Shown one piece after another: positions 29,710-40,413 of a DNA stretch of 64,000 nt. Within the stretch, counting starts at the first letter, position 1; every line of letters begins with the position of its first letter. The notes under the pieces are model-generated. The model was not told where the DNA came from. It made no database searches and saw only the letters and a program-made list of their open reading frames with translations. The position numbers were made by a program, and so were the translations under genes. The DNA is from an uncultured Gammaproteobacteria bacterium. Its GTDB lineage: Bacteria; Pseudomonadota; Gammaproteobacteria; HyVt-429. The DNA lies in contig CAMYOD010000077.1 of the NCBI GenBank assembly GCA_947259975.1, positions 81,999 to 145,998 of the forward strand, in the 5' to 3' direction.

Positions 29710-30546
29710 ATGCCATTCTCTGTGCTTATGTCGATATACAGCAAGAGCAGGCCAGATGATCTGTCCGCCTGTCTTGAGAGTATTGCGATGCAGTCGCTGC
29801 AACCAGCCGAAGTAGTCATAATTTACGACGGACCGGTGGCGACGGAGACGGATGCCTGTGTCAACGACTATGCCAGCCGTCTACCTATAAAGACCATCAT
29901 ATTCTCGGAGAATCGTGGCCTTGGCGCGGCGTTACGAGACGGCATAGAGCACTGTGAGAACGAAATCATTGCACGCATGGATACGGACTGCGTGTGTTGC
30001 CCGGGACGATTCGAGAAGCAACACGCTTTAATTACGAGCCATAATGACGTGAGTGTAATCGGCGGTATTATCCGCGAGCACCTAGAAGATCAAACAGAAC
30101 GACAGGTAGTTGAGAGACAGTTGCCGGAATCGTCGAGCGCGATTGCGCGTTGGGCGCGATATCGCAATCCATTGAATCATCCCACCGTCATGTACCGCAA
30201 ACAAGCAGTCCTGGAGGCGGGCAATTATGTTCCGATCGACCTCTTTGAAGACTATTATCTCTGGGCACGCATGCTCACTGCGGGCTTCAAATTCTTGAAT
30301 TTGCCCGTGGTGCTGGTGGAGACGACCGTCGACGACGCGTTCTTTAGGCGCCGTGCCGGATGGTCCTACCTTTGCGTGGAACTTCGCCTTGCGCAATTGC
30401 TTCGGCGCGCCGGCTTCCATAATCTCTGGGATACGTTGCGCTTCGTGGTGACACGTGCGCCAACGCGACTTATGCCGCGATCGGCGCTCGCCTGGCTTTA
30501 TCGTTATTCATTACGCAAACAGTCGACTGCAATTGTGCGGCCATGA
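29710..30546 (+). CDS. Glycosyltransferase family 2 (AmsE-like)
   Basis: FSVLMSIY, DGP, NRGLG.AL, ARMDTD, NHPTVMYRK and EDYYLW motifs. Confidence 0.92.
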   Translation: MPFSVLMSIYSKSRPDDLSACLESIAMQSLQPAEVVIIYDGPVATETDACVNDYASRLPIKTIIFSENRGLGAALRDGIEHCENEIIARMDTDCVCCPGRFEKQHALITSHNDVSVIGGIIREHLEDQTERQVVERQLPESSSAIARWARYRNPLNHPTVMYRKQAVLEAGNYVPIDLFEDYYLWARMLTAGFKFLNLPVVLVETTVDDAFFRRRAGWSYLCVELRLAQLLRRAGFHNLWDTLRFVVTRAPTRLMPRSALAWLYRYSLRKQSTAIVRP

Positions 30547-30599
30547 ATGTGTTTGTTGCGTCGAATCGGCCCCAGTCGATTGGTATGTAGGCTCGAATC

Positions 30600-31631
30600 A
30601 TGATCGCCGCGCATGATATGGCGTTTTACTTGTTTCTCGTGCAGGGCGTAGCCATGGTGGTAACCGTTTATTCGCCACAATCACCCGCGTTATTACGCCG
30701 CGCGCTGCTGGCGCAAGTCGCCTTGATCGCTGTGTTTTGGTTTGTCTGGAGTGGTTACTCAAGGGATGCGTGGCGATATCTTTCCGCGTTTGACGGTAAT
30801 CCTCTCAGTTTCGAGGAAGAACATCTCTTTTGGTTGGCGGGCCATGGCCTGAGTCGTGTATTTCCGGACCCATGGTCATTGAAGATCCTAACCGTCGTGG
30901 GCGCGCTGATCTTCTGTGCTGCATTGGTGACATTCTTTCGCGGCAAGTCGCACGAGTACCCGATCATTGGTCTTTATGTCGCACTTCTGGTGCCGGGTTT
31001 TATTTTGTTGTTTGGAAACACCTTGCGACAGGGCATGGCCGCCGCAATGGTCCTCTTAGGGATGAACCTTTTATTTGCAAGTAGATATGCATTATTCGCG
31101 TTAAGCGTGATTGTGGCGTTCCTCGTTCATCAGACGGCGTTAATTCTCGCGGCGGCGATCCTGATGGGTAGGTATTTTACGGTGTGGGCGAAGTATCTTC
31201 TTCTATTGGCGCCCTTCGTTAGTTATCTCGCCGCATATGGGTTGAGTTTGGCGGGGGAAGATCTGGGCGCCATCATTCGATACTCAGATCGAACCGAAGG
31301 CGTTTTCCATTTCGAAAAATTTCTGGTCAGCTATTTGCTTGCATGGCTGGTGGTTATCATGGGGCAAAAAGGAGAGGGACCGTGGGCATGGCTTTATGCG
31401 GCCTATGTATATATGGTTGCGATCAGCGCCTGTTTTCTAAAGTACGAAGTGCCGTTTGAGCGTTTACTTCTATACTCGGACATGTTGTTGCCCTTCGTCA
31501 TACCAGCGCTGGCCCTACCCTGGCTGAGCTCCAGAAGAGCAAAAGGTATTGGGTTCGCGGCCGGAATGCTGGCCGGGCTTGTATTGTGGACTCACCCATC
31601 TGTTGTCACCGCGCTCGGTTATGCGGTCTAG
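30600..31631 (+). CDS. EpsG-family polytopic protein, probable Wzy polymerase
   Basis: About 10 hydrophobic segments with D..RY...F, NTLRQGMA, FLVH and ER patterns typical of EpsG. Confidence 0.7.
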   Translation: MIAAHDMAFYLFLVQGVAMVVTVYSPQSPALLRRALLAQVALIAVFWFVWSGYSRDAWRYLSAFDGNPLSFEEEHLFWLAGHGLSRVFPDPWSLKILTVVGALIFCAALVTFFRGKSHEYPIIGLYVALLVPGFILLFGNTLRQGMAAAMVLLGMNLLFASRYALFALSVIVAFLVHQTALILAAAILMGRYFTVWAKYLLLLAPFVSYLAAYGLSLAGEDLGAIIRYSDRTEGVFHFEKFLVSYLLAWLVVIMGQKGEGPWAWLYAAYVYMVAISACFLKYEVPFERLLLYSDMLLPFVIPALALPWLSSRRAKGIGFAAGMLAGLVLWTHPSVVTALGYAV

Positions 31632-31682
31632 ACGGCCTATGAGCGGGAGGCCAGGTCTCTCCTGGTTTATGGCGTCCGACCA

Positions 31683-32780
31683 ATGAATGCCGACCATCGG
31701 CAGTCAGTTTACGATCCCCAAACCTGGATTTTGATCGGTCTCGTCATTGGGGCGTTGATCGTGGCCGCCTGGCGCTGGAATCATCCTCCATTATCACCGC
31801 GATTCGAAATTCGGCTTGCTAAGGCGGAAACCAGTCTGAGTCTCGGCGACGCGCGTGGGGCAGCCCATGCTTTTCGTTACGCTTTAACGCTAGATGAGAC
31901 CAACGCCGCGGTTAGTATTCGATCACAGATTGCACACGTTCTCTATTATGTTCGTAAATATCCTACGGATACGATGCTGGCGCTCGGAGTGAGGCAGCTA
32001 GAACGAATTCGCGAGCAGGATCCGCGTGCGATGGCAGCCCTTGGTAGTCTGATGGCCCGCAATCATCGCGAGAGTGAAGCAATTTCGGTGCTGCGGCGTG
32101 CCATAGAACGGTGGCCTGAAGCCGCGTTTGCACGCTGCGAGTTGCTCGCGAGTCTTTGGGCTGTGGGAGAGATTCGTGAAGCACAGGAGGTGTTCGCGCA
32201 GGCACTGAGGCAGGACCCTGGGCTGGAGTGTTTTGTGACGCCAAGTCGCGTCGGCCCGAACGATGCGATAGAGCGGCGAGAAATCGTACTCGCCTACGAG
32301 GCACTTCGACGCGCTCATCCTAGCGCCCTGAGTCTTATCGTTAGAACGGCTCAGGCGAACATTCAGGCGGGCGACTTGGGTGCTGCGATCGACGCTCAAA
32401 GAGAACTTGTCCGCGAGCTTGAAAAACTGAATGAGAGAGAGGATGAGAATCACAGGGTTTGGTTTTTTGACACACGGAGTGGCACCGTTTTCCTGAATTC
32501 TGTGCCCAGCAAGAAGGCGTATGCGGCGTATACTTTATCCTGGCTATACTTCCTGCACGGGGATTCGCTCGCAGCTAAGAAAGTAGTTTACCCAAACACG
32601 GACCGTCGAACATTAAAACGTGCGCGAAATCTGGTTGCCCATGATCTCGCGACGCTCACCGACTATCAACCTATGTGGCGAGAGAGGGTCGGGCAGTACC
32701 GACAACAATTTCGAATTCCCCGTATATCCCGCGCGCGACCCATCGCGCCGGAGTGGTTGCGACAAAAGCTCGCGAACTGA
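31683..32780 (+). CDS. Membrane-anchored tetratricopeptide-repeat protein
   Basis: N-terminal TM (WILIGLVIGALIVAAW). TPR-like helices: EAISVLRRAIERWP, GEIREAQEVFAQALRQDP, AGDLGAAI. Confidence 0.65.
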   Translation: MNADHRQSVYDPQTWILIGLVIGALIVAAWRWNHPPLSPRFEIRLAKAETSLSLGDARGAAHAFRYALTLDETNAAVSIRSQIAHVLYYVRKYPTDTMLALGVRQLERIREQDPRAMAALGSLMARNHRESEAISVLRRAIERWPEAAFARCELLASLWAVGEIREAQEVFAQALRQDPGLECFVTPSRVGPNDAIERREIVLAYEALRRAHPSALSLIVRTAQANIQAGDLGAAIDAQRELVRELEKLNEREDENHRVWFFDTRSGTVFLNSVPSKKAYAAYTLSWLYFLHGDSLAAKKVVYPNTDRRTLKRARNLVAHDLATLTDYQPMWRERVGQYRQQFRIPRISRARPIAPEWLRQKLAN

Positions 32781-32822
32781 TCACGCCCGAAAGTAGAGTC
32801 GAGCACGCCGAGACCTCCCTCA

Positions 32823-34757
32823 ATGACGAGCTTTTTAGCCTTAGTGATTTATACTGGGTACCTATTCTTACCGGGTTGGGTGATCATCTGGCTGGCGGGC
32901 TGTCGTCGCCACCTTTACCTGTTGTCCTACTCGCTCAGTTTTACACTACTTATATTGACGCAGGTTCCACTGCGCCTCGGCGGCGGAGACGTATTAGTCT
33001 GGGCGATTGGATATCATTGCACGGTTGCGCTAATTATCGGGGCGCTCATGATGCGCCGTAGACTAGCCGCGCGATCCGTTGTTGTTGGGGCTGCCTCGAC
33101 AATGCATCTTAAACAACATTCCAAGATCGTGGCGGTGTTTGTTCTCAGCCTATTGGCGTATGCTGGTTACCATATCGCCGTCGGTGGTTATGCCGAGGTT
33201 CCGGCAGATATCTTCAATCATCTAGTACGTACCAATTGGGAATTCCTCACCATCGAGCGTGGTGGATTGCTTGATTATGGAGTCTCTTTGGCGGGTGTCA
33301 GTAACCGCGGATTGGCGCATAGCCTCCACGCACTCGTGGCAGCCGCCGTCGGTGTTTTTCCGTACGAGATTCTGACCACTGTCACCCTGATAACGTCGGC
33401 AATATTTCTTGGCAGCATTTTCTGGTTTTCGTGTTGGCTATTTGCGTCCGAGCGTGTTGCAGTATCCGGGAAGATTATGTTGTCAGTTCTTGCGCTCTTA
33501 TTTACTGCGGCATGGATGGGAATAAACGTGTTTTCATTCATAAGATATTACGCTTACGCGCCCGTAATGCTAAACATGATCCTGTTCTTCACCGTTATAA
33601 CGTTGGTTGTCGATTATTTACGCAGGCCGTCGGCATCGATACTGAATTTAGTCGGCGCATCTATGTTCACTATCACCATGTTTCTGGTGCATATTCAAGA
33701 AGCCATTTTTGCAGTGGTGTTCGTCGGCTTGATACTGCTCTACGCGGCATGGCGGGACTTAAAAAGGCGCAAATCACCGGCCGTCAATACTGCTGTGTCG
33801 ATACGCGTGCGTATCTTGGGCGCATTGACGCTTGTAGCGGGTGTACCGTTGGTGTGGTACTCGCTTTCTCAGCGTGCGGCGAACGAGGCCAGGGTCCCAA
33901 TGTTGATCGAACTCAAAAAGATATTTCCGTTTGTGGACAATTTATACATTCTCAATCCGTGGTTTCAGTTCTACCAGGTATTGGCGCTTTTCGGTGTAAT
34001 GGTCTACCTCTACTATTTCTATGCCCACAGACGATTCGCAAATAATTACTTTATTACCGTGGGCATGTGGCTGCCGCTTTTGACGGTATTTAATCCACTA
34101 TTCGTTGAATTATATTTGCGCTATGCAACATCGATTACACTGTGGCGTTTACTTTTTGTCGTTCCATTGGCCTTTGTAGCAGCACATTGGGTGGTGTGTA
34201 TATGGAATCTTATTCGTGATCAACGTGCACTATATCTGCGGGCAGCCGCAACCGCGCTATTGGCGGCGATATTCATGTCGCTGCTTCCATTTGAAACGCG
34301 ATACCTGCATAACCAGTACAGTCGCCACCATACGCTCGCGACTTTGGCGCCGTCACAGACCCATGCGTGGATTGACGACGTGATCCAGTACCTCAATACC
34401 GTCGATCAAGAACACATCATTACCGACCCCGTCACATCGTACGTTTTACGAGCGACCACGCGGCACGGCCTGCCGGGGCGAAAGTTCCGCGTCGGTGCGT
34501 CGGGTTACGATCTGCGCACGGGCGGGAATACAATTACACAATCATTGAGCAAACATAAGCAGGGGCTGATTGTCGTTAATCGTCGCAACGGCCCGGCGAG
34601 TCGTAACGGCGAAATCTCAAGACATTGGCCGGCCGATGTCCTCAAGGTGACACAGTGGTATACGCATGACTTGGAAGCGCAGTTGGCGGCGCATGCAGAT
34701 CGCTTTGTGAAAATTTGGGAGCAAAACGACGTTACGATCTTCAGGATCCAGTCCTAG
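32823..34757 (+). CDS. Polytopic membrane protein, GT-C-like
   Basis: More than 12 hydrophobic segments, an early loop EVPADIFNH and a soluble C-terminal domain (IITDP). Confidence 0.55.
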   Translation: MTSFLALVIYTGYLFLPGWVIIWLAGCRRHLYLLSYSLSFTLLILTQVPLRLGGGDVLVWAIGYHCTVALIIGALMMRRRLAARSVVVGAASTMHLKQHSKIVAVFVLSLLAYAGYHIAVGGYAEVPADIFNHLVRTNWEFLTIERGGLLDYGVSLAGVSNRGLAHSLHALVAAAVGVFPYEILTTVTLITSAIFLGSIFWFSCWLFASERVAVSGKIMLSVLALLFTAAWMGINVFSFIRYYAYAPVMLNMILFFTVITLVVDYLRRPSASILNLVGASMFTITMFLVHIQEAIFAVVFVGLILLYAAWRDLKRRKSPAVNTAVSIRVRILGALTLVAGVPLVWYSLSQRAANEARVPMLIELKKIFPFVDNLYILNPWFQFYQVLALFGVMVYLYYFYAHRRFANNYFITVGMWLPLLTVFNPLFVELYLRYATSITLWRLLFVVPLAFVAAHWVVCIWNLIRDQRALYLRAAATALLAAIFMSLLPFETRYLHNQYSRHHTLATLAPSQTHAWIDDVIQYLNTVDQEHIITDPVTSYVLRATTRHGLPGRKFRVGASGYDLRTGGNTITQSLSKHKQGLIVVNRRNGPASRNGEISRHWPADVLKVTQWYTHDLEAQLAAHADRFVKIWEQNDVTIFRIQS

Positions 34758-34808
34758 GAGCAAGGTCGGTATGGCGAACATGGTTTTAGGCGCATTGGAG
34801 TTGATAGA

Positions 34809-35480
34809 ATGTCTATGAGTGAGTCCAATAAAGATTCGATTGATCGTCCCGCGGGTAGCAATACTGTTTGGCATCATGCATCGGTAACTCGCGAGCGGCG
34901 CGAGGCACTTAATGGGCATCGTGCTGCGGTGGTCTGGTTTACGGGACTTTCTGGATCAGGTAAGTCGACATTGGCGCACTCGGTCGAAGAGGAATTGCAT
35001 CGACTGGGTTGTCGAACGTATGTATTCGACGGTGACAATGTGCGTCATGGATTGTGCGGCGATCTTGCCTTCTCTGCAGCGGACCGTACGGAAAATATCC
35101 GTCGCATCGGGGAGATGGCCCGATTGTTCGTAGATGCGGGCGTAATCGGGCTGACCGCATTTATTTCTCCGTTTGGGGTTGATCGTCGCTTCGTCCGGGA
35201 TCTGGTCGGCGCGGACAGCTTTCTCGAGGTTTATTGCAAGTGCGCCATCGAGGTCTGCGAGGCGCGCGATGTGAAGGGGTTGTATAAACGGGCGCGCGCC
35301 GGGGAAATCAAGGAGTTCACGGGCATTTCTTCTCCCTACGAAGAACCTGAGCAGCCGGAGCTCGTGGTGGACACAGGCGCCGAATCCCTTGAGCGCTGTG
35401 TCGCCAAGGTTGTCGCGCTACTAATCGACCGTGGAATCGTGCAACGCGACAAGGTGATGGAAAAAGAAGGCAGCACGTAA
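34809..35480 (+). CDS. cysC: Adenylyl-sulfate kinase
   Basis: [37 protein letters not shown] and FTGISSPYE motifs. Confidence 0.96.
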   Translation: MSMSESNKDSIDRPAGSNTVWHHASVTRERREALNGHRAAVVWFTGLSGSGKSTLAHSVEEELHRLGCRTYVFDGDNVRHGLCGDLAFSAADRTENIRRIGEMARLFVDAGVIGLTAFISPFGVDRRFVRDLVGADSFLEVYCKCAIEVCEARDVKGLYKRARAGEIKEFTGISSPYEEPEQPELVVDTGAESLERCVAKVVALLIDRGIVQRDKVMEKEGST

Positions 35481-35494
35481 CGTTGGTGCGCAGG

Positions 35495-35536
35495 TTGACT
35501 CGCACCGAGGCCAATTTTAACTTGTATATCTGGAGG
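35495..35536 (+). promoter_or_regulatory. Possible sigma70 promoter and RBS for rmlB
   Basis: TTGACT (35495-35500), 17-bp spacer, TAACTT (35518-35523). GGAGG at 35532-35536 precedes the TTG start. Confidence 0.3.
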
Positions 35537-35541
35537 CGATT

Positions 35542-36600
35542 TTGCGTATTGTTGTAACTGGCGGGGCGGGATTTATTGGATCGGCCCTGATCCGATTCCT
35601 TTTGCGTGAGACTGACGCAACGGTCGTCAATGTGGATAAACTGACCTATGCGGGCAATCTTGAATCACTGGATAGCGTGTCCGGGTTACCGGGATACTCT
35701 TTCGAGCAGGTAGATATATGTGACGCAGATGCCATGGCGCGGATCTTCCATGACTATCAACCGAGCGCAGTTATGCATCTGGCGGCCGAGTCACACGTCG
35801 ACCGATCAATCGACGGGCCGGCACAGTTTATCGAAACGAATCTGGTAGGCACGTATACATTGCTGGAGTCAGCCCGTAAATATTGGGACGCCGTTAAGGC
35901 CGACGGTCGACAGTTTCGCTTTCTCCATGTCTCTACCGATGAAGTCTACGGAACACTTGGCGAGGATGGGCTTTTTACTGAGGAGACGAATTACAAGCCG
36001 AATTCGCCTTATTCGGCCAGCAAGGCAGGGTCTGATCATCTTGTGCGCGCGTGGCACCATACTTACGGATTCCCCGTGGTCACGTCGAATTGCTCGAACA
36101 ACTATGGCCCTTACCAGTTTCCGGAAAAACTCATCCCGGTAGTAATTCTGAACGCACTTGCCGGTCGGCCAATCCCGGTGTATGGCGAAGGTAAGAACAT
36201 TCGCGACTGGTTGTACGTAGATGATCACGCCCGCGCCCTGTACACGGTTATGACCGAGGGCAGGGAGGGTGAGACCTATAATATCGGTGGCCATAATGAG
36301 AAGACTAATCTCGAGGTAGTTCAGACAATCTGCGAGATTCTCGATGCTATGACTCCGTCGGAGACCTTAGACAGCTATAAATCCTTGATCACATTTGTGG
36401 CTGACCGACCGGGGCACGATCAGCGCTACGCGATCGACGCAAGCAAAATCGAGCATGAGCTTGGCTGGGTACCGGCGGAAAGTTTCGATTCCGGACTCCA
36501 GAAGACGGTGCGCTGGTATCTGGACAATCAAGACTGGTGTAACCGGGTTGTGGACGGCAGTTATCGTGGTGAGCGGCTAGGATTGGGGGGCACGTCATGA
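35542..36600 (+). CDS. rmlB: dTDP-glucose 4,6-dehydratase
   Basis: [40 protein letters not shown] and DRPGHD motifs. Confidence 0.96.
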   Translation: MRIVVTGGAGFIGSALIRFLLRETDATVVNVDKLTYAGNLESLDSVSGLPGYSFEQVDICDADAMARIFHDYQPSAVMHLAAESHVDRSIDGPAQFIETNLVGTYTLLESARKYWDAVKADGRQFRFLHVSTDEVYGTLGEDGLFTEETNYKPNSPYSASKAGSDHLVRAWHHTYGFPVVTSNCSNNYGPYQFPEKLIPVVILNALAGRPIPVYGEGKNIRDWLYVDDHARALYTVMTEGREGETYNIGGHNEKTNLEVVQTICEILDAMTPSETLDSYKSLITFVADRPGHDQRYAIDASKIEHELGWVPAESFDSGLQKTVRWYLDNQDWCNRVVDGSYRGERLGLGGTS

Positions 36601-37472
36601 AAGGTATCATCCTGGCAGGCGGTGCCGGCACACGGTTGCATCCGGTTACCCAGGTAACCTCCAAGCAGCTTTTGCCGGTGTATGACAAGCCGATGATTTA
36701 TTATCCGCTATCGACATTAATGCTGGCAGGTATTCGGGATGTTCTCGTAATTTCTACACCGGAAGATACGCCGCGATTCGAGTCACTTCTGCAAGACGGC
36801 AGCCAGTGGGGAATGAACATCAGCTATGCCGTGCAACCCACTCCGGGCGGCCTGGCGCAGGCTTTTTTGATCGGCGAGGAGTTTATTGAGAACGCGCCCT
36901 GTGCATTGGTGTTGGGCGACAATATTTTTCATGGACACGATTTCTCCAATATTGTCCAACGCGCGGCCACTCGGACCGAAGGTGCCACCGTGCTGGCCTA
37001 CCCGGTCCACGATCCGGAACGATACGGGGTCGTCGAGTTCGATGCGGATGGTCGGGTCCTTAGCCTCGAGGAGAAGCCACAGAAGCCCAAGTCACGATAT
37101 GCGGTCACGGGGCTATATTTTTACGATCATAAAGTCTGTGAGCTTGCGCATACTCTGAAGCCATCGCATCGCGGTGAGCTCGAAATTACCGACCTGAATC
37201 GCTTGTACCTCGAGGCGGGCGAACTCGCAGTGGAACTGCTTGGTCGCGGCATGGCATGGCTGGATACCGGTACACATGAATCACTGCTCGAAGCATCCAC
37301 GTTTATTGAGACCATCGAGCGGCGCCAGGGTTTGAAGGTGTGCTGCCCCGAGGAGATCGCCTACCGTATGGGCTATATCGACCGTGACGCGCTGGCGGCG
37401 TTGGCACAAAAATTCAGCAAGAATGGCTACGGCCGCTATCTGCAGGAGCTCCTGGATCAACAGGTCTTCTAA
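36597..37472 (+). CDS. rmlA: Glucose-1-phosphate thymidylyltransferase
   Basis: [36 protein letters not shown] and WLDTGT motifs. Confidence 0.96.
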   Translation: MKGIILAGGAGTRLHPVTQVTSKQLLPVYDKPMIYYPLSTLMLAGIRDVLVISTPEDTPRFESLLQDGSQWGMNISYAVQPTPGGLAQAFLIGEEFIENAPCALVLGDNIFHGHDFSNIVQRAATRTEGATVLAYPVHDPERYGVVEFDADGRVLSLEEKPQKPKSRYAVTGLYFYDHKVCELAHTLKPSHRGELEITDLNRLYLEAGELAVELLGRGMAWLDTGTHESLLEASTFIETIERRQGLKVCCPEEIAYRMGYIDRDALAALAQKFSKNGYGRYLQELLDQQVF

Positions 37473-37532
37473 CTGTTCAAGCAGCCTCCACTCGTACTGG
37501 CCACCACGTGAACCGTCCAGGCGGGACCGTGC

Positions 37533-38360
37533 GTGGGCTCTGATCAGATAGGATTGCACTTGCTCGTGTCCCCAATCAGCAGTTTCAGACGTAATCTGGC
37601 CTTGGTCGGGCAACTTACCAGGCGTGAGGTCCTGGGCCGTTATCGCGGCTCTTTCTTCGGGCTGGTGTGGTCTTTCTTCTATCCGCTGCTGATGCTGGCG
37701 GTATATACATTCGTGTTCAGCGTCATATTCAACGCGCGGTGGGGCGGTGCGACTGACGATCGCGCAGGATTTGCGATCGCTGTTTTTGCGGGCCTCATTA
37801 TTCATTCGCTGTTTTCCGAGTGCGCCATTCGGGCACCGACCCTGATTCTCGGCAACGTGAATTACGTCAAGAAAGTGGTTTTCCCGCTGGAAATTCTGCC
37901 GTGGGCGGTCATCGGCTCAGCCCTGTTCCATGCCGTGGTGAGCGCGATCGTGCTGCTGGCGTTTTTCTTGTACATAAACAGCTATCTGCATGTCACGTTC
38001 CTTTTGTTCCCTATCGTGATCATACCCTTGATCATCCTGATTGCCGGCGTGTCCTGGTTTCTGGCGGCGATTGGCGTGTATGTGCGTGATATCAATCAAA
38101 TCGTCGGTGTCTTGACAACCGTGCTGCTGTTTCTTAGCCCCATATTCTATCCGCAAAGCGCGTTACCGGAAGCATTTCAACCTTATCTGCTGTTCAATCC
38201 GCTGACTTTCATTATCGAGCAGGCGCGCAATGTGTTGTTGTGGGGTAAATGGCCGGATTGGGCCGGCCTCGCGATATATACCGTATTCAGTGTAATTTTT
38301 GCACAGCTTGGATTCCTGACGTTCCAGAAGCTCCGCAAGGGTTTTGCAGATGTCCTCTAG
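37533..38360 (+). CDS. wzm: O-antigen ABC transporter permease
   Basis: RYRGS.FG..W, NYVKKVVFP, RD, SPIFYP and NPL motifs. Start uncertain (37533-37566). Confidence 0.93.
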   Translation: MGSDQIGLHLLVSPISSFRRNLALVGQLTRREVLGRYRGSFFGLVWSFFYPLLMLAVYTFVFSVIFNARWGGATDDRAGFAIAVFAGLIIHSLFSECAIRAPTLILGNVNYVKKVVFPLEILPWAVIGSALFHAVVSAIVLLAFFLYINSYLHVTFLLFPIVIIPLIILIAGVSWFLAAIGVYVRDINQIVGVLTTVLLFLSPIFYPQSALPEAFQPYLLFNPLTFIIEQARNVLLWGKWPDWAGLAIYTVFSVIFAQLGFLTFQKLRKGFADVL

Positions 38361-39702
38361 TAATATTGCGCTCGAGGTGCAGCAGCTCAGCAAGTGTTAC
38401 CACATCTATAGCAATCCCAGGGATCGCTTATGGCAAACATTCCTGCGAGGAAACAAAAAGCTATACAAGGAGTTCTGGGCTCTCAGGGATATAAGTTTCA
38501 GTGTGCAAAGAGGTGAGGCGGTTGCAATTATCGGCGCAAATGGCTCCGGTAAGTCGACGCTCCTGCAGATCATTGCGCAGACGACCCCGGCAACTGCGGG
38601 TGAGGTCGTTGCTAACGGACGCGTGGCGGCACTGCTCGAGCTAGGAGCAGGATTTAATCCGGAATTCACCGGACGGGAAAATATACAAATGAACGGTGCG
38701 ATTATGGGCCTGTCGCGTCGCGAGATTGATACCCACATGGATGATATCGTGGAATTCGCCGAGATCGGCGAATTTATCGATCAGCCGGTCAAAACCTACT
38801 CCAGCGGAATGTACGTGCGCCTGGCTTTTGCAGGTTCGGTGTCTCTTGCGCCTGACATACTTATTGTCGACGAGGCGTTGTCGGTCGGCGATATCAAGTT
38901 TCAGCGCAAATGTTTCCGACGATTGGAGGAGCTTCGGCAGCAACAGACCAGCATCTTGCTCGTTACGCATGCGACCGAGACTGTCATCAATCATTTTGAT
39001 CGCGCAATCTTGCTGGACAAAGGCAAACTGCAGGAGATTGGTGAGCCAAGTCGTGTCGTGCACGCCTACGTAACGCAGCTCCTCGGCAGCAAGCCTGCGT
39101 CTGTAGAGACAATGGCTGGCAACGAGGATGATTTGGCGGCAGGCGGGCGTTCGCCCCCCAGTAGCGATTTGAATCTAAGTTATGAAGTCGATGGTTGTGC
39201 GATGCGCGCTTCTTATAATCACAGCGAATATCGCTGGGGTGACCAAAGAGCACGTATCATCGACTATATATTGACCTGTGACGGCGAGACGGATGTAGCA
39301 ACGTGCCGTCAACGTGGCGCACTGAAGATCGATATGGTTGTCCATTTTGCCGCTGCCGCGGAGCGCCCGGTCTATGGCCTGCTGATCCGGACAGTGGAGG
39401 GAACGAAGGTATTTGGGACCAACAGTCTGCAACAGGAGCTTGAGGTTGAGCGGAAACAGGCAGGGGATTTGGTGAAGGTAACATTTGCGTTGCCGGCAGA
39501 TCTCGGTACGGGTGACTACTTCGTATCACTGGGTGTAGTGGATCATCCGTTGGCTGATGATATTGTGCCAATGGATCGACGTTACGATCTGATTCAGTTA
39601 GTGATTGAGGGCAAGATCGGCGGCTATGGCGTGGCCCTGCTCGACGTCAATGTAAATGAACAAAGGCTGGATCCCGGGGCCGTGGAAGTCGCCACGAACT
39701 GA
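38350..39702 (+). CDS. wzt: O-antigen ABC transporter ATPase with C-terminal carbohydrate-binding domain
   Basis: GANGSGKST, YSSGMYVRLAF, VDEALSVGD, and an extended C-terminal Wzt_C-like domain (GTN, GDYFVSLGV). Start is ATG 38350. Confidence 0.93.
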   Translation: MSSSNIALEVQQLSKCYHIYSNPRDRLWQTFLRGNKKLYKEFWALRDISFSVQRGEAVAIIGANGSGKSTLLQIIAQTTPATAGEVVANGRVAALLELGAGFNPEFTGRENIQMNGAIMGLSRREIDTHMDDIVEFAEIGEFIDQPVKTYSSGMYVRLAFAGSVSLAPDILIVDEALSVGDIKFQRKCFRRLEELRQQQTSILLVTHATETVINHFDRAILLDKGKLQEIGEPSRVVHAYVTQLLGSKPASVETMAGNEDDLAAGGRSPPSSDLNLSYEVDGCAMRASYNHSEYRWGDQRARIIDYILTCDGETDVATCRQRGALKIDMVVHFAAAAERPVYGLLIRTVEGTKVFGTNSLQQELEVERKQAGDLVKVTFALPADLGTGDYFVSLGVVDHPLADDIVPMDRRYDLIQLVIEGKIGGYGVALLDVNVNEQRLDPGAVEVATN

Positions 39703-39738
39703 GCCTGGGTCGCCTGTCAGGCGACATTCGTAGTCACG

Positions 39739-40413
39739 GTGTTAGTCTCTATACATATCCCAAAGACAGGGGGAATCAGTTTTCAGGGCCTCCTCGAGGC
39801 GCTGTTTGGTGCACACCTCGTTCTCGACTACGGCGACAAGATCCTGTTGCCTAATATGTGGTGGCGGCGGCTGGGACGCCCGGTGGGAGTTCGCGCCGTG
39901 CCGGTACCTGCCGATACGGCATGCATACATGGTCATTTTCTGGCCCGCAAATACGATCGAAAGTATCCGCATGCGCTGAAGGTGACATGGTTTCGCGACC
40001 CGGTGGAGCGCCTGATTTCACACTATCAGTTTTGGCTCCGTAAGCCGGACCCTGACCATCCCTTGTTGGCACAGTGGGGCGGAACTCTACCTGCGTTGAG
40101 TGATTTTGCCGCAGCGCGCCCGCTACGCAATGTATATAGCACCTATCTCGATGGCGTGCCGTTGAGTCAATTCGCGTTTGTAGGCATTACAGAGCAGTAC
40201 GAGCGCAGCCTCGTGCTATTCCATAAGTTGTTTGCTAGCGACGAATCATTGTCGATCAAGCCCGAGAACGTGAATGAGGCACGGGGAGGCGCACGTTATG
40301 AGGTGGAACCGCAGCTGCGTGAGCGCATTTGTGCACTGAACGCACGCGACCTGCGGCTCTATGGCGACGCGGTAAAAAAATTCGAACATCTATGTAGTGA
40401 GTATTCGGTGTGA
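39739..40413 (+). CDS. PAPS-dependent sulfotransferase (Sulfotransfer_2-like)
   Basis: 5'-PSB motif HIPKTGG and 3'-PB motif RDPVERLISHY, plus FVGITE and N..D..LY. Confidence 0.85.
   Translation: MLVSIHIPKTGGISFQGLLEALFGAHLVLDYGDKILLPNMWWRRLGRPVGVRAVPVPADTACIHGHFLARKYDRKYPHALKVTWFRDPVERLISHYQFWLRKPDPDHPLLAQWGGTLPALSDFAAARPLRNVYSTYLDGVPLSQFAFVGITEQYERSLVLFHKLFASDESLSIKPENVNEARGGARYEVEPQLRERICALNARDLRLYGDAVKKFEHLCSEYSV

Noticed and set aside
31651-31670. CCAGG-TCTCT-CCTGG-TTTAT possible terminator after the EpsG-like gene
   Set aside because: The stem and U-tract are too short to support a call.
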